Below, piece after piece: positions 1-8,643 of a stretch of 64,000 nucleotides of DNA (position 1 is the stretch's first letter; every line of letters starts with the position of its first letter). The notes under the pieces were generated by a model that saw only the letters and a program-made list of their open reading frames with translations, was not told the DNA's origin and did not search any database. Origin of the DNA: an uncultured Candidatus Bathyarchaeia archaeon (lineage in GTDB: Archaea; Thermoproteota; Bathyarchaeia; Bathyarchaeales; Bathycorpusculaceae); the NCBI GenBank assembly GCA_964501295.1, contig CAZCSF010000004.1, positions 49,009-113,008 of the forward strand, read 5' to 3'. The translations under genes were made by a program, and so were the position numbers.

Positions 1-148
1 GAAATTACCACCTTTAGTAGTAACTTTCTATGACCACAAAACCACATATATGTTTTGCTCACCAAAAATTCAGAAACAAAAGCAACTCTAAAGAAAAACA
101 GCAAACCAAGTTATAAGCAAGAAACAGTTTAAAACATAACACAAAACT

Positions 149-943
149 GTGGGAACGCGTTTGAGCAGACCAGAAATAGGAGTTTCAACCCTTCACCGCC
201 TCAACGAACCCTTCAACAAGGCAATCAAACAAATAACAAACATGACTGTTAAGAGCATAGAAATCGTCGACGACGGTTTCCACGCCTTAAACAAAAAGAG
301 AATTTTAACGCTTACGGAACTTGGAAAATCCTACAACCTAAAGTTTTCAATTCACGCACCCTTCGCAGACATAAACATAGCCTCTCCATCAAAGTGCATG
401 CTAAAAGCCATGCTTAAACGCCTCGAAAAATCCATAACCCTCGCAAACATTTTAGAAGCGCATGTTTGGGTTTTCCATCCAGGATTAAAAACGGGCATAA
501 GCATGTTCTACCCAGGAGCAGACTGGATTCAAAACTGCAAAACCGCGCGACTGCTATGCGATATAGCAGAGGAGCACGGCGTAAAAATAGCCATAGAAAA
601 CGTTCCGGAGCCATACCCCTTCCTAATGAAAAGTGTTGAGCATTTCCAAAGGTTCTACAAGGATGCTGACTTGGATTTGGGCATAGCCCTAGACATTGGA
701 CATGCAAACCTTAACGGGCAGATAGAACTTTTCCTAGAAACCTTTCATGACAAAATAGTGCACATCCACGCCCACGACAACAGTGGGAAAGACGACGAAC
801 ACTTAGGAGTGGGCTATGGAACTGTCAATTGGGAGAAAATCGCCACATTATTAAAGCGAATCAATTACAGCGAAACCATCATCGTCGAGTCTGTGGAGCA
901 TGTCCCCGAAAGCATCGAAAAACTGAAAGCCCTACTCGTCTGA
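149..943 (+). CDS. sugar phosphate isomerase/epimerase (xylose isomerase-like TIM-barrel family)
   Basis: 264-aa ORF with family-like blocks SIHAPF, VWVFHPG, IAIEN, LDIGHAN, HIHAHDN. The GTG start at 149 is provisional; there is an in-frame ATG at 242. Confidence 0.6.
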   Translation: MGTRLSRPEIGVSTLHRLNEPFNKAIKQITNMTVKSIEIVDDGFHALNKKRILTLTELGKSYNLKFSIHAPFADINIASPSKCMLKAMLKRLEKSITLANILEAHVWVFHPGLKTGISMFYPGADWIQNCKTARLLCDIAEEHGVKIAIENVPEPYPFLMKSVEHFQRFYKDADLDLGIALDIGHANLNGQIELFLETFHDKIVHIHAHDNSGKDDEHLGVGYGTVNWEKIATLLKRINYSETIIVESVEHVPESIEKLKALLV

Positions 944-1861
944 GGGGGGGATTTCGATTTCCAAAAAATCTTCAGCCACAAAAGTGTTCTTAAAAATTTT
1001 CTTGGCTTGCTTCAAAAGCTTTGACGTGTTTTTGTATCTTGCACTGATGTGAGTTAAAACAAGCCTTTTCGCCTTCGCCTTTTTTGCGATTTTTGCCGCT
1101 TGGCTTGGTGTTGAATGCCCATCTTCTTCAGCTCTTTCAGCCAACTCATCGTCTAAGGTGGCGTCGTGAACAAGCAAATCTGCATTGGCTGCGAATTCTG
1201 CCAAACCATCGAAAGGTCTTGTATCCCCAGTATAAACTATTTTTCTTCCACGACGGGGCGGTCCCAAAACATCTTCCGGCTTCACAATCCTTCCATCTGA
1301 AAGCCTAACGGCTTTTCCATGCTGCAGTTGCCCCCACAATGGACCTTCCGGAACACCTAGAGCCTTAGCCTTTTCTGGGTAAAATTTTCCGGGGCGGGGT
1401 TTCTCCACCAAGGCGTAGGCTAGGCTTGGCGTTACATGGTTTGCCCAAACCGCTTGAACAGTGTACTCTTGTTCTTTGCATACTGTGCCAGCCTCTCCAA
1501 TCTCATGGATTTCTATTGGAAATGTTAGGCCAAACTGCACAGTTTCCCTTATGCATCCCATGAATTTTCGAATTCCAGTCGGCCCATAAATTTCGAGTTT
1601 TTTGTCGCGGTCCAGCAATGCCATGGTTTGTATGAGTCCGGGCAAGCCTAAAACATGGTCGCCATGCATATGCGTTATGAAAACCTTCATTTTTTTGTGG
1701 AAGCTCGCGCCAGCAATTATCATTTGTTTTTGCACGCCTTCGCCGCAGTCGAACAGCAGCTGTTCGCCTTTACGTTTTATGAGGATGGCTGGCAAGCTCC
1801 TTTTTGGAGTGGGAACGCTTCCAGCAGTGCCTAAGAAGACAGCTTTCAAGTTCATGAGCAC
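932..1861 (-). CDS. rnz: ribonuclease Z (tRNA 3' endonuclease, metallo-beta-lactamase fold)
   Basis: 309 aa. N-terminus LKAVFLGTAGSVPT, HxHxDH motif (FITHMHGDHVLGLPGL), and C-terminal HDATL / HSTPSQAA / LTHISARY blocks typical of RNase Z. Confidence 0.85.
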   Translation of the reverse strand: MLMNLKAVFLGTAGSVPTPKRSLPAILIKRKGEQLLFDCGEGVQKQMIIAGASFHKKMKVFITHMHGDHVLGLPGLIQTMALLDRDKKLEIYGPTGIRKFMGCIRETVQFGLTFPIEIHEIGEAGTVCKEQEYTVQAVWANHVTPSLAYALVEKPRPGKFYPEKAKALGVPEGPLWGQLQHGKAVRLSDGRIVKPEDVLGPPRRGRKIVYTGDTRPFDGLAEFAANADLLVHDATLDDELAERAEEDGHSTPSQAAKIAKKAKAKRLVLTHISARYKNTSKLLKQAKKIFKNTFVAEDFLEIEIPPSDE

Positions 1862-1862
1862 A

Positions 1863-2900
1863 CTACACCTTTTCGAAGATGGCTATTTCTCTCGTTAAGC
1901 TTCGATGCACATAAACAAAATGGGACTCCACATGCCTATAGCCTAAAGCAGTGCCAATTTGGCTTATCTCTACAGTTTTAGGCGCAGCCATGCATACCCG
2001 CCTTCCTCTGCTTAGCACATCATAAACCGCTTTAAAAGCGTCTTCAATTATCTGTTTTGTGGTTCGCCTAAAGGTGGTTGCGCTTCTTCCATAGGGCGGG
2101 TCTGTGGCAATGGCGTCAACAGCTTTTACTGGCAAGTTTCGAGCGTCAGCCACTATCAAACCTTCGGATTCGATGTCGAAATAGGTGAAGTTTTTCTGGC
2201 TGCCCCTTACCATGCACCGTTGAAGGTCTAAGCCTAAAATGCGGCAACCCATAAGCGCCGCCTCGATGAGGATGCTTCCTGTTCCGCAAAAAGGGTCGAA
2301 AACCAAGTCTCCAGCTTTTGGCTCAGCCAAGTTAACCATGCACCTGGCAAGTTTCGGCGGCATCGCTGACGGGTGGAAGAAAGGTTTCTTCTTGGGACGC
2401 CTTTCCGTAAAGGATTTGGATGGTACATCAGCCAGTTTTAAGCCGAAAACAAGTTTGCCGTCGGTTAAAATGCCAGTGAAGGTTTTTTCTGGATCTTGCA
2501 GATTCACCCTCGCGCCTTTCACGCTCTCAAGGATAGCGGCGCCAAGCTTTTTTTCTAAAGCCATCCCGTCAACTTCTGAAGCATGTCTTTTCACGCGTTT
2601 TACGCGAACCGCAAAACTTTCGCCTTTCTTTAAAACTCCATCAAGGCTTATGAAGTGCAAGGCTTTAACCGCCTCGCTTGGTTCAGCCTTGCACATGAAA
2701 AGTTCTAGTGCGCAAAGTCTTGTTAGGGCCGCACGGTTTTTAACGGCTTCCACGCATTTTGCGTCAGCCTCAATCCTCAAAACTTGATCTAGTTCTTTCA
2801 AAACTTTGTATGTGTAGCCTTCCGCCTCAAGGATGGCTTTCAGCTCGGCTGTTGGCAGTGTTTCATGCTCGCCTGACAAGAGGAAGAAAAGGTTAGCCAC
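1863..2900 (-). CDS. THUMP-domain tRNA (guanine-N2)-methyltransferase, Trm11/TrmG10-like
   Basis: 345 aa. N-terminal THUMP-like region, SAM-binding DPFCGTGSILIEA, and catalytic DPPYG (ATDPPYGRS). Confidence 0.7.
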   Translation of the reverse strand: MANLFFLLSGEHETLPTAELKAILEAEGYTYKVLKELDQVLRIEADAKCVEAVKNRAALTRLCALELFMCKAEPSEAVKALHFISLDGVLKKGESFAVRVKRVKRHASEVDGMALEKKLGAAILESVKGARVNLQDPEKTFTGILTDGKLVFGLKLADVPSKSFTERRPKKKPFFHPSAMPPKLARCMVNLAEPKAGDLVFDPFCGTGSILIEAALMGCRILGLDLQRCMVRGSQKNFTYFDIESEGLIVADARNLPVKAVDAIATDPPYGRSATTFRRTTKQIIEDAFKAVYDVLSRGRRVCMAAPKTVEISQIGTALGYRHVESHFVYVHRSLTREIAIFEKV

Positions 2901-3777
2901 TTTTAAGCTCCCGCAATGCTTTGGCTATGAGTGGAGCCAACGAAACCTTGCTTACTGGACTGGGGACACTGTCTGTTCCAACAATTTCCGCTACTCCTGC
3001 TTCGAGGATGCGTTTTTCAGCTTCGCCTACCAGAAGCGGATGGACGCATGCAGCGTAAACCTCGGCTGCTCCAAGTTCGTGTAAAATTTTTGCAGCTGCA
3101 ACTATTGTGCCGCCGGTGCTTATAATGTCATCGAAAATTATCACGGTTTTATCTTTTACGTTGAATTCCCTTTTTTCAACGCTGACATGTCCAGTGTAGC
3201 GGTCTCTGTGCTTCTCTAAAAAGCCGCATTCTCCGCCTAATACTTTGGCGGCTTCTTCAGCAATGTTTATGGCGCCTTTGTCTGGAGCTAATGCAAAAGC
3301 TCTTCTGAAGCCTTTCTGTCTAAAATGTTCGGCTAAAAGGGGAATGGCTGAAAGACTTTTAGCTGGAAATGGAAACTTTTCTAAAACCTTTTTCTCGTGC
3401 ACGTTAACCGTTATGAGGCTGTCGACGCCAGCTGCTTTAAGCATTCTTGCTATGGTTTCTATGCTTATGGCTTCGCCTCGGAGGAAAGCCTTGTCTTGTC
3501 GTGCATACGCCAAATAGGGAACAACAGCTACAACGGTTTTAGCGTTATTTCTTTTGGCAGCATCCGCCATCAAAGCCAACTGGATTATTCGCGCATCTTG
3601 CGGCGGACTTGTCGTCTGCACAATAACCGCTTTTTCGCCTTCAACATTGCCTTCAAGCCTAACATAGGATTCGCCGTCTGGAAAACTCTTAAAAAAGACT
3701 GGTATTGCTTCAACGCCTAAAAGTTCAGCTATTTTTTCGCCTAATTCTTTCGAAGCTGGACCTGGCAGTATCTTCAT
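2893..3777 (-). CDS. prs: ribose-phosphate pyrophosphokinase
   Basis: 294 aa. Pattern FPDGESYVRL...VVPYLAYARQDK...VHEKK, and PRPP-binding loop IIFDDIISTGGTIVAAA. Confidence 0.85.
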   Translation of the reverse strand: MKILPGPASKELGEKIAELLGVEAIPVFFKSFPDGESYVRLEGNVEGEKAVIVQTTSPPQDARIIQLALMADAAKRNNAKTVVAVVPYLAYARQDKAFLRGEAISIETIARMLKAAGVDSLITVNVHEKKVLEKFPFPAKSLSAIPLLAEHFRQKGFRRAFALAPDKGAINIAEEAAKVLGGECGFLEKHRDRYTGHVSVEKREFNVKDKTVIIFDDIISTGGTIVAAAKILHELGAAEVYAACVHPLLVGEAEKRILEAGVAEIVGTDSVPSPVSKVSLAPLIAKALRELKSG

Positions 3778-3813
3778 TGTAATTCGCCGTTTCTTGATTC
3801 AGCTTAGTCTCTT

Positions 3814-5091
3814 TTAGAGTTTTCCCGTCGCCCTATACTGCTCTATGAGTTCTTTGGCTCTGTCCATTCGGATTTTGCGTTCTTCCACCATTTTTTCAGC
3901 AACCAAGTCTATGAGTTCGCCTGTTGCGCCGGCGGCGACTGCAATGTTCCGCGCGTGAAGAGACATATGACCCCGCTGTATGCCTTCATGGGCTAGTGCC
4001 CTTAAAGCGCCTAGGTTTTGGGCTAAGCCGACAGCCACCAAGACTTCAGCAAACTCGTTGGCTGTTTTTACGCCGAGGATTTTTAGGCATATTTTGGCTA
4101 TGGGATGGGTGCGCACTGCTCCGCCTATTAAGCCGACAGCCATGGGCAGTTCTATTGAGCCTACCAAGTCGCCGTTTTCGTTTTTCTCCCACGTGGAAAG
4201 CGTCGTGTAATGTCCAGTTCTGGAGGCGTAGGCGTGGGCTCCAGCTTCTATAGCGCGGTGGTCGTTGCATGTGGCAATTATGACGGCTATTATGCCGTTC
4301 ATTATGCCCTTATTGTGGGTTGCAGCCCTATAGGGGTCAGCCGCCGCAAAAGCCCAGGCATTAACTATGCCATCTACGACTTCTTCTCCTCCGACAGCCT
4401 CTTTCGGCACAACGCACCATGCTCTGGCAAGGCGCTTAACAGCCAAGTTGGAAATTATCCGCAGATAAACGCGCCCACCAGTTATTCGCTCTATTAGAGG
4501 GGCTACTGCCTCGCACATAGTGTTCACGGCATTAGCGCCCATGGCGTCGCGGCAGTCCACATGCAACTCACTAATAACCATTGGTCCTTGCACTGTTTGG
4601 ATGACTTTTGCGTCTAGGTCTTTGGCTCCGCCGCCCACAGAAACCAGCACAGGGTCTTGGTCATTAGCCTTCTTTAGGATTTCTTCTTTGGCTTGCAAGA
4701 TGCGAAGCCTAGCCGCGTAAGGGTCTTTTATGCCTACGGCTTGAACTTGTCCAATCATGATTGGCGGAGTACTGCTCGCATGAAAACCTCCGCCATCCCG
4801 CGCCATTTTAGCAGCATAACTAGCCGCAGCCACAACAGAAGGCTCCTCAATAGCCATAGGCACCAAATAATCCCGACCATTAATTAGGAAGTTTACGGCA
4901 ATGCCCAACGGCACTGGAATAGCCCCAACAACGTTTTCTATCATGCGGTCAGCCAAATCCAAAGGCAAACTACCCGTATTCTGCAACAAGGCGCACTCCT
5001 CATCAGATAAGCCGGCAAACTCCTTAACAAAGGCTAAACGCTCTTTGGGACTAAGCTTATAAAAACCCGAAACTAGCGATGACTTACTCAT
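3814..5091 (-). CDS. hmgA: hydroxymethylglutaryl-CoA reductase (class II-like)
   Basis: 425 aa. IENVVGAIPVPLGIAVNFLINGRDYLVPMAIEEPSVVAAASYAAKMAR, DAMGANAVNTMCE, and C-terminal HMSLHARN. The short soluble N-terminus resembles class II enzymes. Confidence 0.85.
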   Translation of the reverse strand: MSKSSLVSGFYKLSPKERLAFVKEFAGLSDEECALLQNTGSLPLDLADRMIENVVGAIPVPLGIAVNFLINGRDYLVPMAIEEPSVVAAASYAAKMARDGGGFHASSTPPIMIGQVQAVGIKDPYAARLRILQAKEEILKKANDQDPVLVSVGGGAKDLDAKVIQTVQGPMVISELHVDCRDAMGANAVNTMCEAVAPLIERITGGRVYLRIISNLAVKRLARAWCVVPKEAVGGEEVVDGIVNAWAFAAADPYRAATHNKGIMNGIIAVIIATCNDHRAIEAGAHAYASRTGHYTTLSTWEKNENGDLVGSIELPMAVGLIGGAVRTHPIAKICLKILGVKTANEFAEVLVAVGLAQNLGALRALAHEGIQRGHMSLHARNIAVAAGATGELIDLVAEKMVEERKIRMDRAKELIEQYRATGKL

Positions 5092-5165
5092 TTACCTCAC
5101 TTCATTTTGTAACAATTTCGAGTAACAGCAATATCCCATTTCACTTTTAAACTTTAGCAAAATAC
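5011..5165. repeat. copy A of a diverged ~155-bp direct repeat (native hmgA 5' end plus TTTAAA promoter element)
   Basis: Aligns by eye with 5968-6125 at an offset of 954-959 nt. Shared strings include ctaagcttata, gacttNcNcat and tttaaacttt. Confidence 0.7.
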
Positions 5166-5203
5166 ACGCTTTTTGAAGCGTAGGGTTTTGCAACTACACT
5201 TTT

Positions 5204-5611
5204 TTATTTTGTTGGCTGGGTAATGTCGCCTAATTTTGAAACTTTAACATGGGGCACAATTTTTCCTAGCAGCTGAGAATCCTCGGTTATAAGCGTTAAA
5301 TCCTTTATGTTTGCGTAATATGCATAGGCGGCATCGTAAAAGGTTATTTTAAGTTTTGCCGCTACTTGTAATACTTCTTCTTCATTGCAGCTTATTTGTA
5401 TGATTTCCATGGTGTTTAGGATTTGCTTTACTATTTTTGCGAGAATCTTAATTTCTTCTTCTGGGGCTTTTGCTTGGAAGGCGAAGTTTTTCCATAATAT
5501 GTTTCCAAGCTCGTATCTCGCCAATTCCAGCGTGTAATTGCCAACTAGGGTTTCGATTTTGTTTTCCTTTATAGCTTTGAAAATGGATGATGAATCAAAT
5601 AGGTATTTCAT
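5204..5611 (-). CDS. PIN-domain ribonuclease, VapC-like toxin
   Basis: 135 aa. Acidic residues in PIN positions (YLFDSS, ELARYE, FYDAAY, LITED). Its start overlaps the stop of the upstream small gene by 4 nt. Confidence 0.65.
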   Translation of the reverse strand: MKYLFDSSSIFKAIKENKIETLVGNYTLELARYELGNILWKNFAFQAKAPEEEIKILAKIVKQILNTMEIIQISCNEEEVLQVAAKLKITFYDAAYAYYANIKDLTLITEDSQLLGKIVPHVKVSKLGDITQPTK

Positions 5612-5886
5612 CTGTGCATTCTGTCCTTTCTTACAGTTTTCACAACTTCTTCCATGCCTACCTTGTCAAGAACTGGTTTTAGCCTTTCTATCTCTTCTTT
5701 GAGTTTTTCAGCCTCTCTTCTTCTAATTTCGTCTTCTATGGCTTTTCTCAAAAGTTTTGAAGGTTTAATTTTCAGCTCTCTCATTTTTTCTTTAAGTTCT
5801 TGAGGAATTTTAGTGGAAACCGTTGTATACTTACTCAAATTCTCACCAATTGGTAATACAAAATTTACAAATAAAAGGTTTTCCAC
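5608..5886 (-). CDS. VapB-like antitoxin (small charged coiled-coil protein)
   Basis: Up to 92 aa. VSTKIPQELKEKMRELKIKPSKLLRKAIEDEI, then a Glu/Lys-rich helix. Translationally coupled to the PIN gene. True start is probably internal. Confidence 0.5.
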   Translation of the reverse strand: MENLLFVNFVLPIGENLSKYTTVSTKIPQELKEKMRELKIKPSKLLRKAIEDEIRRREAEKLKEEIERLKPVLDKVGMEEVVKTVRKDRMHR

Positions 5887-5919
5887 CGTTTCCTACTGTT
5901 TTACCGTCAGACCAAGATT

Positions 5920-6045
5920 TCAGAGGCAAGAATCAGTTATCCTACAGTAAGGCGCCCATTTATTAAGCCAGAACTTCTTAACGAACTCTAAATGCTCTTT
6001 TGAGCTAAGCTTATAGAAAACAGAAAACAAAGAAGACTTGCGCAT
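5920..6045 (-). pseudogene. duplicated 5' fragment of hmgA (remnant of the HMG-CoA reductase N-terminus)
   Basis: Minus-strand ATG at 6045 gives MRKSSLFSVFYKLSSKEHLEFVKKFWLN..., compared with the hmgA N-terminus MSKSSLVSGFYKLSPKERLAFVKEFAGL. About 18 of the first 25 residues are identical, then it diverges and stops after 41 codons. Confidence 0.7.
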
Positions 6046-6125
6046 ACACTTTTTCACTCTCCATGTTCAGAGTAGACTAAATGATAGCATTGTCTCGCTC
6101 CACATTTAAACTTTGGCAGAAAAAG
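5968..6125. repeat. copy B of the diverged ~155-bp direct repeat (hmgA 5' end plus promoter duplicate)
   Basis: See copy A. Contains atttaaacttt at 6104-6114, matching ttttaaacttt at 5145-5155. Confidence 0.7.
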
Positions 6126-6262
6126 AGTTTGGAACAATCTTAATAGCTAGCTTTTTACTCCCTTTTGAAAATGAAATAAAGGTTTACGCTTATTCATTTT
6201 ACTTTATGCTATTTGCCATTCACAACCAAAAAGAATCAGAAAGCAAAGAAAAGAGGGGAGCT

Positions 6263-6778
6263 TTATGTGTATGTGACCTGTATTGTGAAACTACTATCAG
6301 TTACAGACGATGAAGAAACTCTAACTTCGAAATCGAACTTGAGACACTCATTTTGATCCAGCACTATGTCGTTGGTTATTTCGTCTGAGGCATTCTCGAG
6401 ATTCAGAACACCAGCTAAAATAAAGCTTCCTGTGGAATTACTGTATACATAAACTTTGCATATTTCAAAGTCAGTGCTTACCGTATCAGTTACTTTGATA
6501 GAATCTACAGTGCGAGACGAAGAACCCTTGTTCTTAAGGTATGCAGTATTATTAAAAATCATAGTTGTATTCGGTTCTATACCCGCTATAGTGACAGTTA
6601 CTATGTCGTCTGGATCTTCTATGCCATCTTTTATCCACACCACTGTTTTAGAACTGACAGATATAGAACCTTGCATGTACATGAGAGCCTGATAAGCTTG
6701 TACACTCGCAGTGGCAATTAACAGTGATGTCACTAATAGTGTTAATAGCTTTGCAACTTTTTTGTAGTTTGTTTTCAT
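6263..6778 (-). CDS. secreted or membrane-anchored hypothetical protein (beta-rich, N-glycosylation sequons)
   Basis: 171 aa. N-terminal KK plus hydrophobic segment LLTLLVTSLLIATASVQAY. Ser/Thr/Val-rich body. Its start overlaps the stop of the upstream membrane gene by 4 nt. Confidence 0.5.
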   Translation of the reverse strand: MKTNYKKVAKLLTLLVTSLLIATASVQAYQALMYMQGSISVSSKTVVWIKDGIEDPDDIVTVTIAGIEPNTTMIFNNTAYLKNKGSSSRTVDSIKVTDTVSTDFEICKVYVYSNSTGSFILAGVLNLENASDEITNDIVLDQNECLKFDFEVRVSSSSVTDSSFTIQVTYT

Positions 6779-7482
6779 TTTGTTGTTTCACCTCCTTTTC
6801 GTTTTTTTCTTTCTTTTAGGGTTTCTATCCATATTTTTACGAGGACGTAGGCGCTGAGGGCTAGGACTATGGCGCAGGCTAATGCTAGGGCTGCTGCTGA
6901 GGCTATGAAGGCTGCCTCTCCCCATGAAGGTTTATAAATGGCGTAGGCGGCGGCTCCGGCTATGGCTGTGCCTGCGCCTAGGGCTATGTACCACCATTTT
7001 GGTTTGAAGAATATGTAGGTGCCCAACCCCACTACAAGGGTGTCGAAGGCTACTATGCCTACGAAGGTGGCTTCCCAACCCATTTGGGGGACTATGACAA
7101 GGGGGTGGACGGCGATTTCTGCGTAGTTGGATAGGAAGAATACGGCTAGCGTTAGCGTCGGTAAGGTGACGGCTGCCATGAAAATCCGTGCATAATTCAT
7201 GAACCTTTTGATTACGCCTAGGTAGATGTTTACGGCTATTATGTTGGCTAGGGCTATCGTCAAATATAGGAGGCTGTACCAGAAGCGCATGTATTCGCCG
7301 AAGGTTAGCATAAACTCGCGGCTTACTAGGAGATGCCCAAAACCCGCCAGCGCCGCCAACTGGTAAACGTAGGGAAGCTGCCATGGAAAATGCCTATCCA
7401 ACAAGCATGTGAGGAGGCTCATGGCTAGGAAGAGGTCTATGCCTACCAATGCGAAGAACTCTGGTTGCAGTGGGGAGGGCAT
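6775..7482 (-). CDS. polytopic integral membrane protein, unknown function
   Basis: 235 aa with about 7 hydrophobic segments and a C-terminal basic tail (KERKKRKGG). Confidence 0.5.
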   Translation of the reverse strand: MPSPLQPEFFALVGIDLFLAMSLLTCLLDRHFPWQLPYVYQLAALAGFGHLLVSREFMLTFGEYMRFWYSLLYLTIALANIIAVNIYLGVIKRFMNYARIFMAAVTLPTLTLAVFFLSNYAEIAVHPLVIVPQMGWEATFVGIVAFDTLVVGLGTYIFFKPKWWYIALGAGTAIAGAAAYAIYKPSWGEAAFIASAAALALACAIVLALSAYVLVKIWIETLKERKKRKGGETTK

Positions 7483-7531
7483 GCTTTTTCCGCATCCGAA
7501 GCGTCTTTATTTCTTCTTATTTAAGTCATGC

Positions 7532-7557
7532 GAATTCGGAATCGGGTATCCGAATTC
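7532..7557. repeat. perfect 9-bp inverted repeat with 8-nt spacer (gaattcgga-N8-tccgaattc)
   Basis: Read directly from the sequence. Lies between the stop of the MBL-fold gene (7630) and the start of the membrane-protein gene (7482). Confidence 0.6.
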
Positions 7558-7629
7558 AATAGTATAAATTAGCGGGATAGAAGATAAATCTTGTGTAGTA
7601 ATACTTAATACAAACACCGAAAGTCTAAA

Positions 7630-8640
7630 CTACCTCCTAGGAAGAGCCACCGCCGAAACACTAAAACGTCTCTGAATGCGCCGCGCCAATGTCTCTGCAT
7701 AACCAACACGAAAATTATCCGTAATCACAAGCCTAGGCCTTGAACGTCTAACATACTCCATTAAACCGTCAAAATCCGAATGGTCGCTTAAGGCGATAAC
7801 AAACTCCCTATCGCCGATTTCACGGCATGGCACATCAAACTCCCAACCGCTGACGTAAACACAGAAACATCCCCGCCCCACCTTGCCACGCAGGCCCATG
7901 TGATAAAAAGCCACACAAGGCTGGTTCCGCTCCAGCATAATCTTAGCCTCCTTCTCCTCAAGCCTCATTAGACGGCCAACCCGCATGCCATGTTTCTCGC
8001 ATATCTTTGAAATTTGGAAAACCCTTTCAGGCGCCACAAAAGGAACCCTTAAACCAGCCTCGTGGAGGATTTGCATAACCTCTTGAATTTTACCATGATA
8101 GCCGAAAACGTAAACCGCCCCATGTTTTAGGCCCTCCTCAACAATGGAAACCAACATGCCTTTAACGTCCTTGTCGAAGGAGCGCTTGCAGGATGGACTG
8201 CCGTACGTGGCTTCCATGACGAGAATGTCCGCCTCTAATGCGGGTGTTCCATCCAGCCTAAAATCTCCAGTGTAAAGGATTCGCGTGCCTTCAGCGTCCT
8301 CAACAAGCACTTGGGCGGCGCCTAAAATGTGGTCTGCTGGGAAAAGCGTTATGCTTTCTTCGCCATAATGCAGGGTTTTGCCATAGTCAAGGGCTTCCAC
8401 ATAACCGCCCATGAGAAAAAGTGGACTTCTCATAATGTCAATTAAATCCTTTGTGGCTTTAGTCATAAGCACCTTTTCGCAGGTTCTTAGGCTCTGCTGC
8501 AAGCCAATCAAATGGTCCGCATGGGCGTGGGTGACAACCCTTAAGGGTTTAGATTCTTCGAAAGCGTCGCATGCAACACTCTTGCCAAGAATTACAGCGC
8601 CCTTATCAGTTATTGTAGCCTTTGTTGACAAGGAAAACAC
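7630..8640 (-). CDS. metallo-beta-lactamase fold nuclease/hydrolase (beta-CASP-like)
   Basis: 336 aa. HxHxDH motif (VVTHAHADHLIGL), then YTGDFR, MEATYG and a C-terminal LSDHSDF block, as in short beta-CASP/MBL nucleases. Confidence 0.6.
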   Translation of the reverse strand: MFSLSTKATITDKGAVILGKSVACDAFEESKPLRVVTHAHADHLIGLQQSLRTCEKVLMTKATKDLIDIMRSPLFLMGGYVEALDYGKTLHYGEESITLFPADHILGAAQVLVEDAEGTRILYTGDFRLDGTPALEADILVMEATYGSPSCKRSFDKDVKGMLVSIVEEGLKHGAVYVFGYHGKIQEVMQILHEAGLRVPFVAPERVFQISKICEKHGMRVGRLMRLEEKEAKIMLERNQPCVAFYHMGLRGKVGRGCFCVYVSGWEFDVPCREIGDREFVIALSDHSDFDGLMEYVRRSRPRLVITDNFRVGYAETLARRIQRRFSVSAVALPRR

Positions 8641-8643
8641 CAG

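Noticed and set aside
2239-2787. 182-aa plus-strand ORF antisense to the Trm11-like gene; similar shadow ORFs at 3245-3720, 3924-4497, 6932-7384, 9433-9840 and 17837-18196
   Set aside because: All lie within strongly supported genes on the opposite strand and show biased, motif-free composition.
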